DNA of 64,000 nucleotides from an uncultured Actinomycetes bacterium (GTDB lineage: Bacteria > Actinomycetota > Actinomycetes > Streptosporangiales > Streptosporangiaceae). The notes under the pieces are model-generated. The model was given only the letters and a program-made list of their open reading frames with translations, was not told the DNA's origin and searched no databases. Below, one piece after another: positions 28,732-37,053 of the stretch. The stretch lies in assembly GCA_963837335.1 (NCBI GenBank), contig CAWINS010000086.1, forward strand, positions 24,114-88,113, given 5' to 3'. Position 1 is the first letter of the stretch; every line of letters starts with the position of its first letter. Both the position numbers and the translations under genes were made by a program.

Positions 28732-29844
28732 CCGGCCGCCCCGGCCGCACTCGGCTGACCATAGGCGGCGCCGCTCGACGCCCCCCGGGTCAGTGCGGCC
28801 ACCGCGGCAACCACGGCGGCCGGTTCAATCCCGTCTAGGCACGGGTGCCCCGGCACGGGGCAGGCCCGGGCCCGGCTGCCCGCGCACGGCGCGCTCTGAT
28901 CGCCCAGGAGGACGGTCGGCACTCCGCAGGGGGCCCAGCGGGCGGCGGGCACGACCGGGGCGAACAGGCTCACGACCGGCGTACCCACCGCGGTGGCCAG
29001 GTGCGCGGCCCCGGTGTTCGGCGCGACGGCCACGTCCGCGCCCGCCAGCACCGAGGCCAGCCGGGGCAGATCGGTCCGCCCGCACAGGTTCACCACCCGG
29101 TCGGGGCGGTGCGCGCACCCGGCCGGATCCCGCCCGGCCAGTTGGCGTTCGCCCGCCGAGCCGGTCACCAGGACCCGGTACCCGGCGTCCGCCAGGGCCG
29201 TGATCAGCACCGCCGTCCGGGTCGCGGAGGGGCGCCGGGCAGGCACGGACGCGCCCGGGTGCAGGACGATATACCGCCCGCCGCCGGTCAGGGACTGGGT
29301 GTCCGGCAGCGGCCCGGTGAGGGCGAGCGTGCCCGGGTCGCCCGGGGGCAACCGGAACCCGGCCGCCTGGGCCAGGGACAGGTTGCGGCGCGCCTCCGGG
29401 ATGTCCGCGGTGAGCTGATGCCGGACATCAAGCAGCGACCCGGGGTAGTCCTCGCTGATCGCGCTGATCCGGCGCACTCCGGCCATCCGGAGCACCAGCG
29501 CGGTGGGCAGCGGTGACTGATGGAACGACGTGAAGATCACGGCTTCGGCTGGGCGGACCCGGCGCACGGCCCGGACCAGCCGGCGGATCTGATCCCGTGC
29601 CACGGCGGCAGGCTCAGGATCGATCCAGGGCAGGGGGGGGGGGGGGGGAGGGGGGGGGTGCCTCGGCCAGGACCCTGGTCACTCCGGGGAGCAGCGCGGC
29701 AGCCTCCGTGCCGGCCGGCCCGGCCAGGAAATTCACCTCCCGGCCGCCGGCGGCCAGGGCCCGGACAGCGGGGCCGGTCAGCAGGACGTCACCCAGGCCG
29801 TCTGGCCGGACCGCGAGGATGCTGTCGTGGCGGCGGTGCCTCAT
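28728..29844 (-). pseudogene. Glycosyltransferase family 9 (heptosyltransferase-like) split by a poly-C(G) tract; -1 or +2 nt would restore ~371 aa
   Basis: The N-terminal part starts at ATG 29844 (MRHRRHDSILAVRPDGLGDVLLTGPAVRAL), reads through the tract as PPPSPPPPP and stops at 29614-29616. The C-terminal part (LPWIDPEPAAVARDQ...NTGAAHLATAVGTPVVSLF) is open through the same tract in the +1 frame. Confidence 0.75.
29633..29658. repeat. Homopolymer tract G16-A-G9 (poly-C on the coding strand)
   Basis: Read directly: ...atccagggca g(16) a g(9) tgcctcgg... There is no comparable run anywhere else in the window. Confidence 0.95.
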
Positions 29845-31553
29845 GCCTGCGGCCCCGCCGTCGCCGAGCCAGGTGCCGGACTTACCGCTGGTGACGAGCT
29901 GGGCGCTGGCGAACCCGGGGCTGAGGTGCCCGGCAGGCGGATCAGGAACGGCCCGAGGGCCAGGACGTCCACTGGGGCGGAGCCGAAGCATTCCAGTGCG
30001 TCCCGCGGGTCGTCCACCATGGGCCGTCCCGCGGTGTTCAGGCTGGTATTCACGATCACCGGCAGTCCGGTGCGGGCGGCGAAACCGTCCAGCACCCCGG
30101 CGACCAGCGGCTGATGCTCGCGGTCCACGGTCTGGACCCGGGCCGTCCCGTCCACGTGCACGACCGCGGGGATCCGGTCCCGCCACTCCGGCGCCACCTG
30201 GTGCACGAACAGCATGTACGGGCTGGGCAGCGGCCCGCGGAAGATGCCGGCGGCCCGCTCGGCCAGCACCATCGGCGCTACCGGCCGGAACTCCTCGCGG
30301 CCCTTCACGGCGTTCAGCCGGTCCAGGTTGATCCGGCGGCCGGGGTGGGCGAGCAGCGAGCGGCTGCCCAGGGCCCGCGGCCCGAACTCGCTGCGGCCCT
30401 GGAACCAGGCGACGATGCGGTCGGCGGCGAGTTCGGCGGCGATCGCGTCGGCGATGCTGGCCGGCTGCTCGTAAGGCCAGGCCGCGGTGTCCAGCCAGGC
30501 GGCCAGTTCTGCCGCGGACCAGCCGCGGCCCAGGAACGCGTCCGGCATCGGCGTCACTGCCTCACCGGCCTCGCGGGCCACACACAGTGCGCCGCCGAGG
30601 GCGGTGCCCGCGTCGCCGGCCGCGGGCTGCACCCAGACCCGGTCGAACGGGCTCTCACTGGCCAGCCGGGAGTTTGCCACGCAGTTGAGCGCCACCCCGC
30701 CCGCCATGGCGAGGCCGCGGTCCCCGGTGCGGCCGTGCAGCCAGCGGGCCAGGTCGAGCAGGACATTCTCGGTCACCTGCTGGACGCTGGCGGCCAGGTC
30801 CGCGTGATCCCGGGTCAGCTGCTCAGCTCTGGCCCGGCGCTTGACCATGCTGTCCCAGGGCACGGGGTCGGTGCGGAAGCCGCCGTCCCCGTCCGCGTAG
30901 ACCAGCCGGGACAGTTCCGCGGCGAACCGGGGCGTGCCGTAGGAGGCCAGCGCCATCACCTTGTATTCGTCGCTGGAGTGCAGGAAGCCGAGATGGCTGG
31001 TGGCCTGCTCATAGAACAGCCCCAGGGAGTGCGGGAGCGGCTGGCTGGCCAGGACGTCGAGCCGGCCGCCGGCGTACCGGCCAGCCAGGTGCGAGGCCGC
31101 CTCGCCCCGCCCGTCGCAGACCAGCACGCTGGCGTCACCGAGCGGGCCGGCCAGCCCGGCCGACGCCGCGTGCGCGGCATGGTGACGCACGTAACGGACC
31201 GACGCGGGATCCACGCCTGGCAGCGCCTCGGCGATGAAGCCGGGCGCCTGCTCCGCATAGCTGATCCGCAGATGATCCCAGGGGTCGTCTAGCCCCATCG
31301 CGACGGCTGGACGGCACTCCGCGGGGTCGTAGGAGTAGGCCACCGCGTCGAGCTCGGCCGGTTCCAGCCCGGCCTCGCGCAGGCACCAGGCGGCCGCCAG
31401 TTCGGGCAGTTCCCACGCCGAGAACGGAACGGGACGCTTGCCGTGCTTACGCCGGCTGAAGCGTTCCTCTTCCGCCGCCGCGACCACCCGCCCGTCGATC
31501 ACGAGCGCAGCCGCCGGGTCATGGAAAACGGCGTTGATCCCGAGAACTCGCAT
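29841..31553 (-). CDS. Carbamoyltransferase (NodU/CmcH family)
   Basis: 570 aa starting MRVLGINAVFHDPAAALVIDGRVVAAAEEERFSRRKH. Its stop overlaps the GT9 start (ATGA at 29841-29844). Confidence 0.9.
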   Translation of the reverse strand: MRVLGINAVFHDPAAALVIDGRVVAAAEEERFSRRKHGKRPVPFSAWELPELAAAWCLREAGLEPAELDAVAYSYDPAECRPAVAMGLDDPWDHLRISYAEQAPGFIAEALPGVDPASVRYVRHHAAHAASAGLAGPLGDASVLVCDGRGEAASHLAGRYAGGRLDVLASQPLPHSLGLFYEQATSHLGFLHSSDEYKVMALASYGTPRFAAELSRLVYADGDGGFRTDPVPWDSMVKRRARAEQLTRDHADLAASVQQVTENVLLDLARWLHGRTGDRGLAMAGGVALNCVANSRLASESPFDRVWVQPAAGDAGTALGGALCVAREAGEAVTPMPDAFLGRGWSAAELAAWLDTAAWPYEQPASIADAIAAELAADRIVAWFQGRSEFGPRALGSRSLLAHPGRRINLDRLNAVKGREEFRPVAPMVLAERAAGIFRGPLPSPYMLFVHQVAPEWRDRIPAVVHVDGTARVQTVDREHQPLVAGVLDGFAARTGLPVIVNTSLNTAGRPMVDDPRDALECFGSAPVDVLALGPFLIRLPGTSAPGSPAPSSSPAVSPAPGSATAGPQA

Positions 31554-31864
31554 GCCTCCCCGCCCCTCACCCCGTCAGTCAGTCAATTACGGGCCGCGGC
31601 GCTACCCGTGCGCCCACCACTCAAACGGACGTCGGAAAAACCCGTCCGAAGTGGGCAATGCACAGCGGCTCGATCCACTGTGCCGCAGTGCCGTCCCACC
31701 TGTGTCAATTACGGAAAGTGAGCACTACGTGCCTGGTGCTGCGCCGGGAGAGCCGCTGGGCGGGGGTCAGCGGGATGATCGGGCTGGCCTATTACAGCGG
31801 CGAGCGCCCGCTGGTCAAATCCGGCCCAGTCGCCGGCCAGGCTAGGTCAGGTGAAGCGCGCCAG

Positions 31865-33421
31865 CTAGGTCCAGCTTGCCGGCCACGGCCCATCGAGCAC
31901 GGCGTCGACCGCCGCAGGCAGGCTCGGTGCGACCGGCACACCCGCCGTCTCCGCCGGGAGGGTCTGCGGCGTCGGCACCAGGATGGCCCGCGCCCCGGCC
32001 ACGTAGGCCGCCTCGGCGTCGGCCCCGATGTCACCGATCACCACACAGTCGGCCGGGTCCACGCCCAGCCCGGCGGCGGCCTGCTGGATCAGCAACGGGG
32101 CCGGTTTTCGGCAGGCGCAGCCATCATCGGGCCCGTGCGGGCACACGGCCCAGGTGCCGAACGGGCCGAGCAGGCCGTCGATCCGGTCGTTCACTGCGTC
32201 CGCCTGGGCGGCGGTAATCATCCCCCGGCCGATCCCCGACTGGTTCGTGACCACGCCGGCCGGCACCCCCGCCCGGCGCAGCCGGATCATGGCCGCGGCC
32301 GCGCCGGGCATCGGCTCAACCAGTTCCGGGCGGCCGTTGTAGGGCACGTCGCGGACCAGGGTCCCGTCCCGGTCGAACAGCACGGCCGCGGGCGCCGGGG
32401 GCCAGGGTCCCGCCCGCCGGGCGCGCCACCAGCCTCGGACCCAGTGCCCGGCCGCCAGTGGCGGGATCAGCACGCTGGTGATGGCCATCTCGGTCAGCTC
32501 GGCGCGGGTGCGCGGCCCGGGACGGATCCGGGCCGCGGCGAACTCCCCGGTCGATGCCAGCCAGCCGACCGCGGCCGCGGCCGCCGTCCAGCGCAGCGCG
32601 CGGCGCCCGGTGCCCGCCACGCCCGCCAGAGCGGCGGCCGAGACGGCCGCCAGTCCTGCCGTCATCCAGTGCGCAGCCCGGCGGCCGGGGGCCGCATCCG
32701 CCCGGCGGTACCAGTCCAGGCCATGCCGCCGGGTCATCAGGGCGTCGTCAGCGTTGCCGGCCTGGGCCCGCAGGCTGGCCCAGCGCCGGGGCGGGCGCAC
32801 CGGGTGGGTGGTGTGCCGGCCCCCCTGGGCCAGCAGCCATCCCTGGTCCATCACCCGCAGCGCGATGTCCGCGTCTTCCCGGAAGGCCCGCGGGAAGCGC
32901 TCGTCGAAGCCGCCCACGTCGATCAGCGCGCGGCGCCGGTAGGCCATGTCTGCGGTGATCCACCGGGCGCTGGCCAGGGCCGCCGTCCCGCGCTCCCAGT
33001 CGGTGGGGCGCCGGCCGTGTGGTAGCGGGACGGTGATGGTTCCCTGGATACCCGCCACCTGGTCCGGAGAGCCGGCCAGGTCGACCACCAGATCGGTCCG
33101 CCAGGTCGGACCGACGATCACGTCGTCATCCAGGAACGCGACCCAGTCGGTGGGCTGCGCGGCGCGCCAGCCCGCGTTACGCGCGGCTGCGGGCCCCCGC
33201 CCCTCCAGGGTCACGATGATGGTCCGCCGGGTCAGTTCCGGGGGCAGCCGGACCGGCAGCGGGCATGGGGTGTCCCGCCGGTCATCGGCCAGCACGACCT
33301 GCCGTGGCAGCGGCCCGGCCGCCGCGGCCAGCGCGTCCAGGCAGTCCTGCAGGCTCGGCCGTCCCAGGGTCGGGATCACTACCGCATAGCTGGGGGAATC
33401 CCCGGCGGGACTGGAGTGCAC
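31865..33421 (-). CDS. Fusion: GT2 glycosyltransferase + TM segments + D,D-heptose 1,7-bisphosphate phosphatase (GmhB-like HAD)
   Basis: GT2 N-terminus (YAVVIPTLGRP..FLDDDVIV), hydrophobic middle, and a C-terminus with VLFDRDGTLV, VVTNQSG and the zinc motif CPHGPDDGCACRKP. Confidence 0.8.
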   Translation of the reverse strand: MHSSPAGDSPSYAVVIPTLGRPSLQDCLDALAAAAGPLPRQVVLADDRRDTPCPLPVRLPPELTRRTIIVTLEGRGPAAARNAGWRAAQPTDWVAFLDDDVIVGPTWRTDLVVDLAGSPDQVAGIQGTITVPLPHGRRPTDWERGTAALASARWITADMAYRRRALIDVGGFDERFPRAFREDADIALRVMDQGWLLAQGGRHTTHPVRPPRRWASLRAQAGNADDALMTRRHGLDWYRRADAAPGRRAAHWMTAGLAAVSAAALAGVAGTGRRALRWTAAAAAVGWLASTGEFAAARIRPGPRTRAELTEMAITSVLIPPLAAGHWVRGWWRARRAGPWPPAPAAVLFDRDGTLVRDVPYNGRPELVEPMPGAAAAMIRLRRAGVPAGVVTNQSGIGRGMITAAQADAVNDRIDGLLGPFGTWAVCPHGPDDGCACRKPAPLLIQQAAAGLGVDPADCVVIGDIGADAEAAYVAGARAILVPTPQTLPAETAGVPVAPSLPAAVDAVLDGPWPASWT

Positions 33422-33495
33422 CGTGCCTCACGGAGTTCTCGCTCGATGATGATGATCGGACGCGCTCGCTACCCGGCGGCGGGCGGGTCAAACGA

Positions 33496-34443
33496 GTGTT
33501 TGAGGAGGCCGGCCAGGGGGACGAGGGGCGGGTGCAACAGACACGATCAGCCGTCCAGGGCGCCCCGGCGTCCCCTCGAGGATCACCGGCCACGGTCGTC
33601 ATCGCGACCCGTAACCGGGGCCCGGAGCTGGGCCGCACCCTCGAACGCCTCGCCAGCCTGCCGGAACGGCCACCGGTCGTGGTGGTGGACAACGGCTCCG
33701 AGGACGGCACCCCGGCGATGGTCCGCCACCTTTTTCCCGGTACCGAGCTGATCGCCCTTCGGCGCAACCGCGGCGCCTGGGCCCGCAACCTCGGCGTGCT
33801 CCGGGCCCGGACCCCGTTCATCGCGCTGGCTGATGACGACTCCTGGTGGGCGCCGGGCTCGCTGGCCGCCGCGGCCGACCTGCTGGCGGCCAGCCCCGGG
33901 GTAGGCCTGCTCGCGGCGCGCATCCTGGTCGGCGCGGACCAGGTCCCCGACGCCGTCAATGCGGTCATGGCGGCCAGCCCGCTGCCGTCCGACGGCCTCC
34001 CCGGCCCCCGGGTGATGGGCTTCCTCGGCTGCGGCGCCGTGATCAGGCGGGAAGCGTTCCTGGCCGTGGGCGGGTTCTCCCGGCTGCTGTTCATCGGCGG
34101 GGAGGAGCAGCTCATGGCCTACGACCTCGCGGCAGCCGGCTGGGCCGCGTGCTACCGGCCGGACATCATCGCCTACCACCATCCGTCCGCCTCCCGGCAG
34201 CCCGCCACCCGGCGCTACCAGGAGGAACGGAACCGGGCGCTGGTGGCCTGGCTGCGCCGCCCGCTCCGGTGCGCGCTGGCCGAGACTTGCCGCCTGACCC
34301 GGCAGGCGGTTCACGACCCCATCGCCGGCCGGGCCCTGGGCGGCCTGGCTGTCCGGCTGCCGCGGGCCCTGCTGGGCCGCCGGCCGCTGCCGGCGGACGT
34401 GGAGACGGCTATCCGCGCCCTGGGAGCCGACCATGCCGGATGA
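33496..34443 (+). CDS. Glycosyltransferase family 2
   Basis: VVIATRNRGPEL..VVVVDNGSEDGT..ALADDDSWW. The start is uncertain: GTG 33496 is the first start codon after the divergent gene, and the track ORF begins at 33265. Confidence 0.75.
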   Translation: MFEEAGQGDEGRVQQTRSAVQGAPASPRGSPATVVIATRNRGPELGRTLERLASLPERPPVVVVDNGSEDGTPAMVRHLFPGTELIALRRNRGAWARNLGVLRARTPFIALADDDSWWAPGSLAAAADLLAASPGVGLLAARILVGADQVPDAVNAVMAASPLPSDGLPGPRVMGFLGCGAVIRREAFLAVGGFSRLLFIGGEEQLMAYDLAAAGWAACYRPDIIAYHHPSASRQPATRRYQEERNRALVAWLRRPLRCALAETCRLTRQAVHDPIAGRALGGLAVRLPRALLGRRPLPADVETAIRALGADHAG

Positions 34444-35377
34444 GGAGCCAGGCCGACCGCGGACGGTCCCGGATCCCTTGCTGCCCGACCCCCGGCTCAC
34501 GGTGGTAGTGATCACGCGGAACCGGCGTGAGGAGTTGCTGCGCACGCTGGGCCTGCTGGCCGCGCTGCCGGAACGGCCGCCGGTGATCGTGGTGGACAAC
34601 GGCTCGGCCGACGGCACGGCGGCCGCGGTCCGCCAGGCTCACCCGCAGGTGCACGTGATCGCGGCGCGGCGGAACCTCGGCGCGGTCGGGCGGAACCTCG
34701 CCGTGCGCCGGGTGACCACCCCGTACGTGGCCTTCTGTGACGATGACACCTGGTGGGAGCCGGGGTCGCTGGCGCTGGCCGCCGACGCGCTCGACCGGCA
34801 TCCCGATCTGGCCTCGGTGACGGCCAGGATCGTGGTGGAGCCGGCGGGCACCGACGATCCGATCGTGCCCGAGCTGGCGCAGTCCCCGGTCCCCGCGCGG
34901 CCGGGCCTGCCTGGCCCGGCGCTGATGAGCATCCTGGCCGGCGCGTCCATGCTGCGCTGTGATGCGTTCCGGGAGGTGGGAGGCTTCTCGCCGCGGCTGG
35001 TCCTCGGCGGGGAGGAAGAACTGCTGGCCGCCGACCTGGCTGCCCGCGGCTGGGTTCTGTGTTACCTGCCGGGCGCCACGCTGCACCACCAGGCCTCTGC
35101 CCTGCGCGACCCGGCCCGGCGCCGCTGGCTCGGGATCCGGAACACGCTGTGGTTCACCTGGCTGCGGCGTCCACCGGCGGCGGCGCTGCGCCGGACCGCG
35201 GAGCTCGCGGCCTCCGTGCCGCGGGACACCGTGTCGGCCAGTGCCTTCTGGGCCGCAGCTGGCGGCCTGCCCTGGGTCCTTCGTGAACGCCAGCCACTGC
35301 CGCCGTCCGTGGAAGCCTCGATCCGGCTGCTCGACGAGCCGCGCCGCCGCTCCGCGGCCCGGCAGTACGTCGGCTGA
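34433..35377 (+). CDS. Glycosyltransferase family 2 (paralogue of 33496-34443)
   Basis: 314 aa with VVVITRNRREEL..VIVVDNGSADGT..FCDDDTWW. It overlaps the previous gene by 11 nt. Confidence 0.8.
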   Translation: MPDEEPGRPRTVPDPLLPDPRLTVVVITRNRREELLRTLGLLAALPERPPVIVVDNGSADGTAAAVRQAHPQVHVIAARRNLGAVGRNLAVRRVTTPYVAFCDDDTWWEPGSLALAADALDRHPDLASVTARIVVEPAGTDDPIVPELAQSPVPARPGLPGPALMSILAGASMLRCDAFREVGGFSPRLVLGGEEELLAADLAARGWVLCYLPGATLHHQASALRDPARRRWLGIRNTLWFTWLRRPPAAALRRTAELAASVPRDTVSASAFWAAAGGLPWVLRERQPLPPSVEASIRLLDEPRRRSAARQYVG

Positions 35378-35390
35378 GGCTGCCGCCAGG

Positions 35391-35990
35391 TCAGGCGGCC
35401 AGGGCTTCGCGGGCTTTGACCAGGTCGGCTACCAGGCCGGCGAAAGCTTCCTCGCGGGCCTCGTCGTCGCGGGCCCGGAGGATCGAGGAGGGGTGGACGG
35501 TGCTGAGCACCGGGCCCTGCCACTGCCCGACCGTGATCTCCTCCAGGCGGCCGCGATGATCGCGGACCTTGAACCCGCGGCCGAAGAGCGCCTCCCCGGC
35601 CACCGCGCCCAGAGCCACGGTGACCCGCGGCCCGACCACCGCCAGCTCCGCTTCCAGCCAGCCGCGGCAGGCCATGATCTCGGTTCCGTTGGGGCGCTGG
35701 TGAATGCGGCGCTTGCCGCGGGCCTCCCATTTGAAGTGCTTGACCGCGTTGGTGATGTAGGCGTCGGCACGCTCGATGCCGCTCTCGCACAGGGCGCGAT
35801 CCAGGAGGTGGCCGGCCGGGCCGACGAACGGGTGGCCCTGCTTGTCCTCCTGGTCCCCGGGCTGCTCGCCGACCAGGGCCAGGAGCGAGTGCGGGCGGCC
35901 CTCGCCGAACACGGTCGCGGTCGCCCGCTGGTACAGGTCACAGCGTGTGCAGGATGCGGCTTCCTTGGCCAGTTTCTCAAGCGTGGTCAC
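35391..35990 (-). CDS. udgX: UdgX-type family-4-like uracil-DNA glycosylase
   Basis: 199 aa. N-terminal Fe-S cysteines (CTRCDL), motif A GEQPG, the insertion KRRIH (FKWEARGKRRIHQRP) and motif B HPSSILR together match the published UdgX signature. Confidence 0.75.
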   Translation of the reverse strand: MTTLEKLAKEAASCTRCDLYQRATATVFGEGRPHSLLALVGEQPGDQEDKQGHPFVGPAGHLLDRALCESGIERADAYITNAVKHFKWEARGKRRIHQRPNGTEIMACRGWLEAELAVVGPRVTVALGAVAGEALFGRGFKVRDHRGRLEEITVGQWQGPVLSTVHPSSILRARDDEAREEAFAGLVADLVKAREALAA

Positions 35991-36020
35991 GTCTGCCGCT
36001 AATACCCGGCCCGCGCAGCC

Positions 36021-36968
36021 CTATCCATGGTCCGCGCTCAGGCTCGCGTCAGCCAGGGCACTGAGCAGGTCCACGGTGAGCGGCGGCGTGTTCTGCGTGC
36101 CGGGCGCGGAGCCGGCCCGCGCCCGGCCCTGCGCGGACCGGCACCAGGCCCACAGCCGGTCAAGTTCTCCCCGGTCGAGCACCGGGGGCGCGGACCGGGG
36201 GAGCAGCACCGGCCATCCCCAGGCCGCGGCCTGTGCGGCCACCTTGGCGCCGTCTGACACCGGGTCGATGGCCAGGGCGGGTACCCCGTTCTTGAGCGCC
36301 AGCACCAGCCCGTGCAGGCGGGTGGTCACCACCACGTCGGCCCGGGCGATCACCGCCTCGACCTGGGCGGCCGTGGCCGGGCTGCGCCACTCCCCGTGCG
36401 CTAGCCGGGTGTCAACGACCACCCGCGCACAGTCGAGCGTGGCCAGCCACTCACCGAGCTCCTGCGTGAGCGGGACGTGCTGGCCGCGGGCTGCGTACTC
36501 GGGCTGGGCGCTGGCCAGGATCACCGCCGCCACCGGGACGGCGGGCACCGGCACCGCGGCGGCCAGGTCCAGACGGCCGGCCGTACCGGGCGCGTCGCGG
36601 GGAAGCACCTGGTGGAACCCGGTCACGGCGGGGTCGGCGGGGTCGATGACGGACACGCCGACCGCGACCCGGTAGCACTGCCGGTAGCGCTCATGCAGCT
36701 GCTCCACCTGCCAGCCGTGCGCCGGGCCGCAGATGAACACCAGGTGCGTGTACTCCTCCGGCGGCGAGTCCTCCAGCGTCCGGCCTCCGGGCCGGAAGAC
36801 CGGGCTCCAGGCCAGGTCGCACAGGAAGTCCGCCGCGTCCAGCGCCGCGCGGGCCGCTTCCATGGCCAGCACGTCCCCGGCGGTCGCCTCACCGTGCAGG
36901 AAGCTGGGCCAGCCCACGATGAGCACCCGGCCGCAGGCCGGCCTGGACGCCTGGCGGCTGGCCGTCAT
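36021..36968 (-). CDS. Polysaccharide pyruvyl transferase-family protein (putative)
   Basis: Start is MTASRQ at 36968; the track ORF extends to 37520 in the same frame. The C-terminal motif VVTTRLHGLVLALKNGVPALAI is typical of the PS_pyruv_trans family. Confidence 0.55.
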   Translation of the reverse strand: MTASRQASRPACGRVLIVGWPSFLHGEATAGDVLAMEAARAALDAADFLCDLAWSPVFRPGGRTLEDSPPEEYTHLVFICGPAHGWQVEQLHERYRQCYRVAVGVSVIDPADPAVTGFHQVLPRDAPGTAGRLDLAAAVPVPAVPVAAVILASAQPEYAARGQHVPLTQELGEWLATLDCARVVVDTRLAHGEWRSPATAAQVEAVIARADVVVTTRLHGLVLALKNGVPALAIDPVSDGAKVAAQAAAWGWPVLLPRSAPPVLDRGELDRLWAWCRSAQGRARAGSAPGTQNTPPLTVDLLSALADASLSADHG

Positions 36969-37053
36969 GGCAGGACGGCGGGCGGGCCACCCAGTCCGGC
37001 CGGGTGGGTCAGGGCGCCCGGCGCGCGGCCGGTGCCGCCCGCCGATACCGCGG

